Origin: Eledone cirrhosa
Taxonomy: Eukaryota
DNA: 64,000 nucleotides
Reading direction: 5' to 3'
Assembly (NCBI GenBank): GCA_964016885.1
Contig: OZ024740.1
Location: 140,244,001-140,308,000 of the forward strand
The translations under genes were made by a program, and so were the position numbers. Below are positions 41,003 through 53,770 of this stretch, piece by piece. The notes under the pieces were generated by a model. That model saw only the letters and a program-made list of their open reading frames with translations, searched no databases and was not told the origin of the DNA. Each line of letters opens with the position of its first letter. Positions within the stretch are counted from its first letter, which is position 1.

Positions 41003-42630
41003 CAGCAACTCTAGCAATGACGTGGGCAACTCCAGTAGCAACTCTAGCAATGACGTGGGCAACTCCAGTAGCAACTCTAGCAATGACGTGGGCAACTCCA
41101 GTAGCAACAACAGCAATGACGTGGGCAACTCCAGTAGCAACTCTAGCAATGACGTGGGCAACTCCAGTAGCAACAACAGCAATGACGTGGGCAACTCCAG
41201 TAGCAACTCTAGCAATGACGTGGGCAACTCCAGTAGCAACAACAGCAATGACGTGGGCAACTCCAGTAGCAACTCTAGCAATGACGTGGGCAACTCCAGT
41301 AGCAACTCTAGCAATGACGTGGGCAACTCCAGTAGCAACTCTAGCAATGACGTGGGCAACTCCAGTAGCAACAACAGCAATGACGTGGGCAACTCCAGTA
41401 GCAACTCTAGCAATGACGTGGGCAACTCCAGTAGCAACTCTAGCAATGACGTGGGCAACTCCAGTAGCAACTCTAGCAATGACGTGGGCAACTCCAGTAG
41501 CAACAACAGCAATGACGTGGGCAACTCCAGTAGCAACAACAGCAATGACGTGGGCAACTCCAGTAGCAACTCTAGCAATGACGTGGGCAACTCCAGTAGC
41601 AACAACAGCAATGACGTGGGCAACTCCAGTAGCAACTCTAGCAATGACGTGGGCAACTCCAGTAGCAACAACAGCAATGACGTGGGCAACTCCAGTAGCA
41701 ACTCTAGCAATGACGTGGGCAACTCCAGTAGCAACTCTAGCAATGACGTGGGCAACTCCAGTAGCAACAACAGCAATGACGTGGGCAACTCCAGTAGCAA
41801 CAACAGCAATGACGTGGGCAACTCCAGTAGCAACTCTAGCAATGACGTGGGCAACTCCAGTAGCAACTCTAGCAATGACGTGAGCAACTCCAGTAGCAAC
41901 AACAGCAATGACGTGGGCAACTCCAGTAGCAACTCTAGCAATGACGTGAGCAACTCCAGTAGCAACAACAGCAATGACGTGGGCAACTCCAGTAGCAACT
42001 CTAGCAATGACGTGGGCAACTCCAGTAGCAACAACAGCAATACGTGGGCAACTCCAGTAGCAACTCTAGCAATGACGAGGGCAACTCCAGTAGCAACTCT
42101 AGCAATGACGTGGGCAACTCCAGTAGCAACAACAGCAATGACGTGGGCAACTCCAGTAGCAACTCTAGCAATGACGTGGGCAACTCCAGTAGCAACAACA
42201 GCAATGACGTGGGCAACTCCAGTAGCAACTCTAGTAATGACGTGGGCAACTCCAGTAGCAACTCTAGCAATGACGTGGGCAACTCCAGTAGCAACAACAG
42301 CAATGACGTGGGCAACTCCAGTAGCAACTCTAGCAATGACGTGAGCAACTCCAGTAGCAACAACAGCAATGACGTGGGCAACTCCAGTAGCAACTCTAGC
42401 AATGACGTGGGCAACTCCAGTAGCAACAACAGCAATGACGTGGGCAACTCCAGTAGCAACTCTAGCAATGACGTGGGCAACTCCAGTAGCAACTCTAGCA
42501 ATGACGTGGGCAACTCCAGTAGCAACAACAGCAATGACGTGGGCAACTCCAGTAGCAACTCTAGTAATGACGTGGGCAACTCCAGTAGCAACTCTAGCAA
42601 TGACGTGGGCAACTCCAGTAGCAACAACAG
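41003..42630. repeat. 33-bp minisatellite, ~49 units, two interspersed variants
   Basis: Unit aatgacgtgggcaactccagtagc(aactct|aacaac)agc, grading into an (AAC/AGC)n tract to ~43000. Confidence 0.95.
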
Positions 42631-42997
42631 CAGCAACAGCAACCATAATAGCAGCAGAATCAGCAGCAACAAGAACAACAATAGCAACAGTAGCAACGAT
42701 AGCAGCAATAATACCAACAACTACAGCAACAAGTTCAATGACAGCAACAGCAACAACAAAAACAACAACGATGGCGACAACTGCAACAAAAGCAATAATT
42801 TCAACGACAGCAGCAACAGCAACAAGAACAGCAACAACAACGGCAACAACAACAACAACAACAACGGCAACAACAACAACAACAACAACGGCAACAACAA
42901 TATTACCAACAACAGTTGTGACGACAGCAACAACAGCAATGGCATTACCACCTTCACCAACAACATTAACAACAATAACAACGATGACGAACACAAC

Positions 42998-43165
42998 AAT
43001 AATGGTTTCTTATATAGGCACAACGCCAGCAATTTTGGGGGAGGGGAAGTCGATTAAAATGACCCCAGTGCATTACTGGTACTTTATTTTGTCATAAAGG
43101 GCCGAAACTCTATGCTGCAAAGCAAGATGTCCGACGCTCTACCGATACTGCCAATCCACCGCCAT
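42998..43165 (-). mobile_element. SINE family A copy (internally deleted)
   Basis: Reverse complement gives ggattggcagtatcggtagagcgtcggac...gtaccagtaatgcactggggtc...gcctatataagaaacc. Confidence 0.65.
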
Positions 43166-43319
43166 GGCGAACACAACAATAATAGCAACGATAACGACAA
43201 TAACAACGACCTCCATACTGGCAACGGCAACAGCAAAAATAACAACTACAGTAAAATTAGTAATGACATGGCAACCACCTCTTACTTAATATGGTGGTGA
43301 TAATGGACATTATGTCGTT

Positions 43320-43700
43320 TTGATCTTATATTTTCTCTTGGTGCCATTTGACGGTGTGAGGATGACTGTATATACCACAGCCTTTGAAAGACAGGATCGC
43401 CCTAGAGGACAGTTACAAGTTGGTGTATTTGGTGGAATCCGTGTAGGTGCGTGTCTTTTTCAGTTGTATCGTACGATGTTAGAAGCGTTGTTATCTAAAC
43501 AGGAATAGCTAACCTTAACATTATGATAGTTCAAGAGTTTATGATATGTGTAGTTGTTACGGAAGTGTTATCTGGTGAGGAGCAAGAATATATTAGCCAT
43601 GTTTTGTTTGTTGATACAGGTACATTGAATGGTGAGCTGGAGCCACTTTTTCTTCCTAACTCTCTTTGAGATGGAGGTTCGCCATGTATGCTAACTTTTC
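43320..43700 (-). pseudogene. Penelope-like element C-terminal / GIY-YIG-proximal fragment
   Basis: HTYHKLLNYHNVKVSYSCLDN...TCNCPLGRSCLSKAVVYTV resembles the PLE HK.FN..TVKVSYSCM.N...CNC..CPL...CL...VVY linker. Contains stops. Confidence 0.6.
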
Positions 43701-44288
43701 CATAAAACCACTTCTTGCTACTAATTCTGTAGGTGCAGACGATACGGTGCAACCAGTCACCGTGTTGCTATCTCATGTTACAATAGCAGATATAACGCCC
43801 GTGTTCTTAAAACGCCAGTTCCCTTGGTTCTTCATTTCACAGTTCTTTTTTTCTTCTTTTTATCGCACCAAAAACCCTTTGATACTGCAAAAAGTCAAAC
43901 TGTTCATATAAGTCAACTGCCACATTATGTATTGATTACTCTTCTGTTACGTTTGTACTCAAACTTGTGTAACGTTTCTATTGTTGGGCGCTACATGTAG
44001 ACGAAAAACAAGCAATTCAAGATGGAGATGCAATCACTTCAGTCCTCACTAAAGAGTATTCCAATGCCACATAGAAAAGTGTATCTCACACGACTCCTGT
44101 ACATATTCTTGCTGACAAAACAAAGAACATATACCAAACAAACACCACCAGACACAAAAGAATCCAGTCTAAAAACATAAACAAAACAACCAATAACACA
44201 AAATACGACATAAACACTGAAGCAAAGGAGATAGCTACTCTCCTTCAAATGGAAGACAAAATGGGGCTAGTCGCCACTCATCATCCAT

Positions 44289-44480
44289 GTCACCCTTAAG
44301 GAACATAAGCCAAACTTCCTTTCCAGCCCTAAATGCTGGCTGATTAGCCCTTCTAAGATTGAACTAGATAGAATTAGTAAGCATATTCTTGACAAGATCA
44401 ACACCGAAATGATAATGGCGACTACTCTAGTCCAATGGGACTCCAGCAACGCCGTCATCAAATAGTCCCATATTAAATGT
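44289..44480 (+). pseudogene. Penelope-like element RT N-terminal fragment
   Basis: VTLKEHKPNFLSSPKCWLISPSKIELDRISKHILDKIN...QWDSSNAVIK* resembles the PLE ITLKDHK.NF...P.CRLINP.K.E.G.ISK.ILD.IN...QW motif. Confidence 0.65.
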
Positions 44481-44590
44481 TAATTGCTCTTCTCTTTCGT
44501 TTGTATACAAACTTATATATATATATATATGCACGCATATTTTAGTATATACATATACATATATACATACACACACACCCACACATTTCC

Positions 44591-44718
<128 letters not shown>

Positions 44719-45115
44719 GTGTTTGTGTATTGGCCAGCCAAAGTCGCCGTCTTTCAAGATTTGCGATAATCATTTATTACGAAATAATGATAAAATGGCG
44801 TCTTCGACGTGCCAACACTCTCTGGGGAAGTCTACGCTTTGTCTTCAGAATGTAAAGGTCTAAATACTTCGTCAGTAGTCGGGGTGGACTAGTGGTTCCG
44901 GTGGTAATGATGTGTGAGGGGGTAGTAGTATTAGGAGTAACTGTCCCTCATGAATTACAGTGGCAGACAACAGCCAATAATGATTTCCTGCTTTAGGAAT
45001 TTGGCGATTAAGGTGATCAAGTAATATCTTTATATATATATATATACATATATATTAGAAAGTGAGGTTTTTTTTACAAAATGAAAAATAACCGAGGTGT
45101 CCTACACGAGTGAAA

Positions 45116-45270
45116 GTATAAAGAAAAAGAGATGAAATCGAAAATGCAACTGGAGTCTTATTTTTTTTTTAAATATATATATTTATTTGTTGGAACCAAA
45201 TAAATATATATATTTTTTTTTTAAATAAGACTCCAGTTGCATTTTCGATTTCATCTCTTTTTCTTTATAC
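45116..45270. repeat. Near-perfect inverted repeat (~72-bp arms)
   Basis: gtataaagaaaaagagatgaaatcgaaaatgcaactggagtcttatt... pairs with ...aataagactccagttgcattttcgatttcatctctttttctttatac. Confidence 0.85.
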
Positions 45271-45342
45271 ATATATATATATATACATATATATATATAC
45301 ATATATATATACATATATATATATATACATATATATATATAC

Positions 45343-45378
<36 letters not shown>

Positions 45379-45392
45379 AGATATACATATAT

Positions 45393-46074
45393 TCCCCCCG
45401 TTAGACTTGTGCGAAATTCCTTCCTTGCTCACATTTCAACCAGGTTTGATGGTCTTTTGTCTCTTGTTCACGATTTCACCGAGTTTATATTCATAGAGAT
45501 CTGGGACTTGTCTATTTCTTCTCACTTTCCGTTGCTTAAACCATTTTGTTTGTTACCCTAACGTCCCCTTTATTTACGTGTCCCAACGACTTTTTTTAGC
45601 CGTTGTTCGCACCAACCTGAGGCATATGGCCCTTAAAGCGATGAAATGCCTGGGACGGTTGGAGGGTCACTAATGAAGGACTCACTTTTTCATATGCACC
45701 ACCATTTGCAACGCGCAGCCATCATTATTATCATATTTACACATAATTTTTCTTCTGCTGCTACCCGTCCGTTTCGTTCTTTGTACCTTTTACCCTTTCT
45801 CGTTCTTTGTACCTTTTACCCTTTCTAGCAGTCTCTCTCTCTGTTAGCCTCCTCCTCAACTTTCACTCACTCATTCTCTGTCACTACCTCTCCTCCTCCT
45901 CTTTCCTCCTCCTCCTTCAAGTTTGACCTGTGTGTAATTCTTTTCTCGCGCGTTCCTGGTCAAGCTGGTATGGAATTTTTTTCTCTCTCTCTTTCGTCTG
46001 CGACTTCACAAAACTTATGTTTACCGAATTCGTAGACCAGACCCCTTCTTCTTTTTCTTCTTCTTCTTCTTCTT

Positions 46075-46105
<31 letters not shown>

Positions 46106-46461
46106 TTCTTATTCTTCTTTTTCTTCCCCCCGTTAGACTTGTGCGAAATTCCTTCCTTGCTCACATTTCAACCAGGTTTGATGGTCTTTTGTCTCTTGTT
46201 CACGATTTCACCGAGTTTATATTCATAGAGATCTGGGACTTGTCTATTTCTTCTCACTTTCCGTTGCTTAAACCATTTTGTTTGTTACCCTAACGTCCCC
46301 TTTATTTACGTGTCCCAACGACTTTTTTTAGCCGTTGTTCGCACCAACCTGAGGCATATGGCCCTTAAAGCGATGAAATGCCTGGGACGGTTGGAGGGTC
46401 ACTGATGAAGGACTCACTTTTTCATATGCACCACCATTTGCAACGCGCAGCCATCATTATT

Positions 46462-46466
<5 letters not shown>
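45393..46466. repeat. ~340-bp near-identical direct repeats separated by a pyrimidine-rich spacer
   Basis: 45393-45735 is repeated at 46124-46466. The whole unit is flanked by (TA)n. Confidence 0.85.
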
Positions 46467-46521
<55 letters not shown>

Positions 46522-46526
46522 TATAC

Positions 46527-46557
<31 letters not shown>

Positions 46558-46584
46558 CATATATATATACATATATATATATAC

Positions 46585-46662
<78 letters not shown>

Positions 46663-46670
<8 letters not shown>

Positions 46671-49600
46671 TTGGAATAAATGCTCTGAAATAGCGATATA
46701 TATGTGAATATAGACATAGAATATTCGAAAATATTCTGTATGTTTATAATAAACATTTTGAAGACCTAATCGCTATAGAATAGAATACGTCACGTATTAC
46801 AATTAGATTCTCGATAAAAGCAAGGGAAGTAATCTACGCGTTTCATTCTTGTTAGAATTCATCAGGACTACATATCCAGTGCTTTTATCGAGAATGACAC
46901 AGCTAGAGACTTATAGAATACTTAGCTGTGTACAGGAACTGGTTTGAAAGAGCGGTTGCCGGTCCGGCAGAAATTAGAAATTGGAATAAATGCTCTGAAA
47001 TAGCGATATATATGTGAATATAGACATAGAATATTCGAAAATATTCTGTATGTTTATAATAAACATTTTGAAGACCTAATCGCTATAGAATAGAATACGT
47101 CACGTATTACAATTAGATTCTCGATAAAAGCAAGGGAAGTAATCTACGCGTTTCATTCTTGTTAGAATTCATCAGGACTACATATCCAGTGCTTTTATCG
47201 AGAATGACACAGCTAGAGACTTATAGAATACTTAGCTGTGTACAGGAACTGGTTTGAAAGAGCGGTTGCCGGTCCGGCAGAAATTAGAAATTGGAATAAA
47301 TGCTCTGAAATAGCGATATATATGTGAATATAGACATAGAATATTCGAAAATATTCTGTATGTTTATAATAAACATTTTGAAGACCTAATCGCTATAGAA
47401 TAGAATACGTCACGTATTACAATTAGATTCTCGATAAAAGCAAGGGAAGTAATCTACGCGTTTCATTCTTGTTAGAATTCATCAGGACTACATATCCAGT
47501 GCTTTTATCGAGAATGACACAGCTAGAGACTTATAGAATACTTAGCTGTGTACAGGAACTGGTTTGAAAGAGCGGTTGCCGGTCCGGCAGAAATTAGAAA
47601 TTGGAATAAATGCTCTGAAATAGCGATATATATGTGAATATAGACATAGAATATTCGAAAATATTCTGTATGTTTATAATAAACATTTTGAAGACCTAAT
47701 CGCTATAGAATAGAATACGTCACGTATTACAATTAGATTCTCGATAAAAGCAAGGGAAGTAATCTACGCGTTTCATTCTTGTTAGAATTCATCAGGACTA
47801 CATATCCAGTGCTTTTATCGAGAATGACACAGCTAGAGACTTATAGAATACTTAGCTGTGTACAGGAACTGGTTTGAAAGAGCGGTTGCCGGTCCGGCAG
47901 AAATTAGAAATTGGAATAAATGCTCTGAAATAGCGATATATATGTGAATATAGACATAGAATATTCGAAAATATTCTGTATGTTTATAATAAACATTTTG
48001 AAGACCTAATCGCTATAGAATAGAATACGTCACGTATTACAATTAGATTCTCGATAAAAGCAAGGGAAGTAATCTACGCGTTTCATTCTTGTTAGAATTC
48101 ATCAGGACTACATATCCAGTGCTTTTATCGAGAATGACACAGCTAGAGACTTATAGAATACTTAGCTGTGTACAGGAACTGGTTTGAAAGAGCGGTTGCC
48201 GGTCCGGCAGAAATTAGAAATTGGAATAAATGCTCTGAAATAGCGATATATATGTGAATATAGACATAGAATATTCGAAAATATTCTGTATGTTTATAAT
48301 AAACATTTTGAAGACCTAATCGCTATAGAATAGAATACGTCACGTATTACAATTAGATTCTCGATAAAAGCAAGGGAAGTAATCTACGCGTTTCATTCTT
48401 GTTAGAATTCATCAGGACTACATATCCAGTGCTTTTATCGAGAATGACACAGCTAGAGACTTATAGAATACTTAGCTGTGTACAGGAACTGGTTTGAAAG
48501 AGCGGTTGCCGGTCCGGCAGAAATTAGAAATTGGAATAAATGCTCTGAAATAGCGATATATATGTGAATATAGACATAGAATATTCGAAAATATTCTGTA
48601 TGTTTATAATAAACATTTTGAAGACCTAATCGCTATAGAATAGAATACGTCACGTATTACAATTAGATTCTCGATAAAAGCAAGGGAAGTAATCTACGCG
48701 TTTCATTCTTGTTAGAATTCATCAGGACTACATATCCAGTGCTTTTATCGAGAATGACACAGCTAGAGACTTATAGAATACTTAGCTGTGTACAGGAACT
48801 GGTTTGAAAGAGCGGTTGCCGGTCCGGCAGAAATTAGAAATTGGAATAAATGCTCTGAAATAGCGATATATATGTGAATATAGACATAGAATATTCGAAA
48901 ATATTCTGTATGTTTATAATAAACATTTTGAAGACCTAATCGCTATAGAATAGAATACGTCACGTATTACAATTAGATTCTCGATAAAAGCAAGGGAAGT
49001 AATCTACGCGTTTCATTCTTGTTAGAATTCATCAGGACTACATATCCAGTGCTTTTATCGAGAATGACACAGCTAGAGACTTATAGAATACTTAGCTGTG
49101 TACAGGAACTGGTTTGAAAGAGCGGTTGCCGGTCCGGCAGAAATTAGAAATTGGAATAAATGCTCTGAAATAGCGATATATATGTGAATATAGACATAGA
49201 ATATTCGAAAATATTCTGTATGTTTATAATAAACATTTTGAAGACCTAATCGCTATAGAATAGAATACGTCACGTATTACAATTAGATTCTCGATAAAAG
49301 CAAGGGAAGTAATCTACGCGTTTCATTCTTGTTAGAATTCATCAGGACTACATATCCAGTGCTTTTATCGAGAATGACACAGCTAGAGACTTATAGAATA
49401 CTTAGCTGTGTACAGGAACTGGTTTGAAAGAGCGGTTGCCGGTCCGGCAGAAATTAGAAATTGGAATAAATGCTCTGAAATAGCGATATATATGTGAATA
49501 TAGACATAGAATATTCGAAAATATTCTGTATGTTTATAATAAACATTTTGAAGACCTAATCGCTATAGAATAGAATACGTCACGTATTACAATTAGATTC

Positions 49601-52600
49601 TCGATAAAAGCAAGGGAAGTAATCTACGCGTTTCATTCTTGTTAGAATTCATCAGGACTACATATCCAGTGCTTTTATCGAGAATGACACAGCTAGAGAC
49701 TTATAGAATACTTAGCTGTGTACAGGAACTGGTTTGAAAGAGCGGTTGCCGGTCCGGCAGAAATTAGAAATTGGAATAAATGCTCTGAAATAGCGATATA
49801 TATGTGAATATAGACATAGAATATTCGAAAATATTCTGTATGTTTATAATAAACATTTTGAAGACCTAATCGCTATAGAATAGAATACGTCACGTATTAC
49901 AATTAGATTCTCGATAAAAGCAAGGGAAGTAATCTACGCGTTTCATTCTTGTTAGAATTCATCAGGACTACATATCCAGTGCTTTTATCGAGAATGACAC
50001 AGCTAGAGACTTATAGAATACTTAGCTGTGTACAGGAACTGGTTTGAAAGAGCGGTTGCCGGTCCGGCAGAAATTAGAAATTGGAATAAATGCTCTGAAA
50101 TAGCGATATATATGTGAATATAGACATAGAATATTCGAAAATATTCTGTATGTTTATAATAAACATTTTGAAGACCTAATCGCTATAGAATAGAATACGT
50201 CACGTATTACAATTAGATTCTCGATAAAAGCAAGGGAAGTAATCTACGCGTTTCATTCTTGTTAGAATTCATCAGGACTACATATCCAGTGCTTTTATCG
50301 AGAATGACACAGCTAGAGACTTATAGAATACTTAGCTGTGTACAGGAACTGGTTTGAAAGAGCGGTTGCCGGTCCGGCAGAAATTAGAAATTGGAATAAA
50401 TGCTCTGAAATAGCGATATATATGTGAATATAGACATAGAATATTCGAAAATATTCTGTATGTTTATAATAAACATTTTGAAGACCTAATCGCTATAGAA
50501 TAGAATACGTCACGTATTACAATTAGATTCTCGATAAAAGCAAGGGAAGTAATCTACGCGTTTCATTCTTGTTAGAATTCATCAGGACTACATATCCAGT
50601 GCTTTTATCGAGAATGACACAGCTAGAGACTTATAGAATACTTAGCTGTGTACAGGAACTGGTTTGAAAGAGCGGTTGCCGGTCCGGCAGAAATTAGAAA
50701 TTGGAATAAATGCTCTGAAATAGCGATATATATGTGAATATAGACATAGAATATTCGAAAATATTCTGTATGTTTATAATAAACATTTTGAAGACCTAAT
50801 CGCTATAGAATAGAATACGTCACGTATTACAATTAGATTCTCGATAAAAGCAAGGGAAGTAATCTACGCGTTTCATTCTTGTTAGAATTCATCAGGACTA
50901 CATATCCAGTGCTTTTATCGAGAATGACACAGCTAGAGACTTATAGAATACTTAGCTGTGTACAGGAACTGGTTTGAAAGAGCGGTTGCCGGTCCGGCAG
51001 AAATTAGAAATTGGAATAAATGCTCTGAAATAGCGATATATATGTGAATATAGACATAGAATATTCGAAAATATTCTGTATGTTTATAATAAACATTTTG
51101 AAGACCTAATCGCTATAGAATAGAATACGTCACGTATTACAATTAGATTCTCGATAAAAGCAAGGGAAGTAATCTACGCGTTTCATTCTTGTTAGAATTC
51201 ATCAGGACTACATATCCAGTGCTTTTATCGAGAATGACACAGCTAGAGACTTATAGAATACTTAGCTGTGTACAGGAACTGGTTTGAAAGAGCGGTTGCC
51301 GGTCCGGCAGAAATTAGAAATTGGAATAAATGCTCTGAAATAGCGATATATATGTGAATATAGACATAGAATATTCGAAAATATTCTGTATGTTTATAAT
51401 AAACATTTTGAAGACCTAATCGCTATAGAATAGAATACGTCACGTATTACAATTAGATTCTCGATAAAAGCAAGGGAAGTAATCTACGCGTTTCATTCTT
51501 GTTAGAATTCATCAGGACTACATATCCAGTGCTTTTATCGAGAATGACACAGCTAGAGACTTATAGAATACTTAGCTGTGTACAGGAACTGGTTTGAAAG
51601 AGCGGTTGCCGGTCCGGCAGAAATTAGAAATTGGAATAAATGCTCTGAAATAGCGATATATATGTGAATATAGACATAGAATATTCGAAAATATTCTGTA
51701 TGTTTATAATAAACATTTTGAAGACCTAATCGCTATAGAATAGAATACGTCACGTATTACAATTAGATTCTCGATAAAAGCAAGGGAAGTAATCTACGCG
51801 TTTCATTCTTGTTAGAATTCATCAGGACTACATATCCAGTGCTTTTATCGAGAATGACACAGCTAGAGACTTATAGAATACTTAGCTGTGTACAGGAACT
51901 GGTTTGAAAGAGCGGTTGCCGGTCCGGCAGAAATTAGAAATTGGAATAAATGCTCTGAAATAGCGATATATATGTGAATATAGACATAGAATATTCGAAA
52001 ATATTCTGTATGTTTATAATAAACATTTTGAAGACCTAATCGCTATAGAATAGAATACGTCACGTATTACAATTAGATTCTCGATAAAAGCAAGGGAAGT
52101 AATCTACGCGTTTCATTCTTGTTAGAATTCATCAGGACTACATATCCAGTGCTTTTATCGAGAATGACACAGCTAGAGACTTATAGAATACTTAGCTGTG
52201 TACAGGAACTGGTTTGAAAGAGCGGTTGCCGGTCCGGCAGAAATTAGAAATTGGAATAAATGCTCTGAAATAGCGATATATATGTGAATATAGACATAGA
52301 ATATTCGAAAATATTCTGTATGTTTATAATAAACATTTTGAAGACCTAATCGCTATAGAATAGAATACGTCACGTATTACAATTAGATTCTCGATAAAAG
52401 CAAGGGAAGTAATCTACGCGTTTCATTCTTGTTAGAATTCATCAGGACTACATATCCAGTGCTTTTATCGAGAATGACACAGCTAGAGACTTATAGAATA
52501 CTTAGCTGTGTACAGGAACTGGTTTGAAAGAGCGGTTGCCGGTCCGGCAGAAATTAGAAATTGGAATAAATGCTCTGAAATAGCGATATATATGTGAATA

Positions 52601-53770
52601 TAGACATAGAATATTCGAAAATATTCTGTATGTTTATAATAAACATTTTGAAGACCTAATCGCTATAGAATAGAATACGTCACGTATTACAATTAGATTC
52701 TCGATAAAAGCAAGGGAAGTAATCTACGCGTTTCATTCTTGTTAGAATTCATCAGGACTACATATCCAGTGCTTTTATCGAGAATGACACAGCTAGAGAC
52801 TTATAGAATACTTAGCTGTGTACAGGAACTGGTTTGAAAGAGCGGTTGCCGGTCCGGCAGAAATTAGAAATTGGAATAAATGCTCTGAAATAGCGATATA
52901 TATGTGAATATAGACATAGAATATTCGAAAATATTCTGTATGTTTATAATAAACATTTTGAAGACCTAATCGCTATAGAATAGAATACGTCACGTATTAC
53001 AATTAGATTCTCGATAAAAGCAAGGGAAGTAATCTACGCGTTTCATTCTTGTTAGAATTCATCAGGACTACATATCCAGTGCTTTTATCGAGAATGACAC
53101 AGCTAGAGACTTATAGAATACTTAGCTGTGTACAGGAACTGGTTTGAAAGAGCGGTTGCCGGTCCGGCAGAAATTAGAAATTGGAATAAATGCTCTGAAA
53201 TAGCGATATATATGTGAATATAGACATAGAATATTCGAAAATATTCTGTATGTTTATAATAAACATTTTGAAGACCTAATCGCTATAGAATAGAATACGT
53301 CACGTATTACAATTAGATTCTCGATAAAAGCAAGGGAAGTAATCTACGCGTTTCATTCTTGTTAGAATTCATCAGGACTACATATCCAGTGCTTTTATCG
53401 AGAATGACACAGCTAGAGACTTATAGAATACTTAGCTGTGTACAGGAACTGGTTTGAAAGAGCGGTTGCCGGTCCGGCAGAAATTAGAAATTGGAATAAA
53501 TGCTCTGAAATAGCGATATATATGTGAATATAGACATAGAATATTCGAAAATATTCTGTATGTTTATAATAAACATTTTGAAGACCTAATCGCTATAGAA
53601 TAGAATACGTCACGTATTACAATTAGATTCTCGATAAAAGCAAGGGAAGTAATCTACGCGTTTCATTCTTGTTAGAATTCATCAGGACTACATATCCAGT
53701 GCTTTTATCGAGAATGACACAGCTAGAGACTTATAGAATACTTAGCTGTGTACAGGAACTGGTTTGAAAG
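46663..53770 (-). repeat. Tandem array of ~23 x 310-bp units, each with a hammerhead ribozyme (retrozyme-like satellite)
   Basis: attagaaattgg recurs exactly every 310 bp (46663, 46973, 47283 ... 53483), and the units look identical by eye. The last unit is truncated at 53770. Confidence 0.95.
46807..46895 (-). ncRNA. Type-I hammerhead ribozyme (first of 23 copies, repeating every 310 bp)
   Basis: attctcgataaaagca-ctggatat-gtagtc-CTGATGA-attct-aaca-agaat-GAAA-CGCG-TA-gattac-ttccct-tgcttttatcgagaat. The core is intact, stem II is 5 bp, stem III is the palindrome ACGCGT, the site is GUA, and stem I has a 16-bp perfect extension. Confidence 0.88.

Noticed and set aside
40953-43097. Long ORFs (463, 677, 337 aa) as real genes
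   Set aside because: They arise from a stop-free 33-bp repeat, are open on both strands, are frameshifted near 42041 and end in a SINE.
46663-53770. CRISPR-like or rDNA/snRNA tandem array
   Set aside because: The units are identical with no unique spacers, and I recognise no 5S, tRNA, snRNA or spliced-leader sequence. A hammerhead repeat explains it better.
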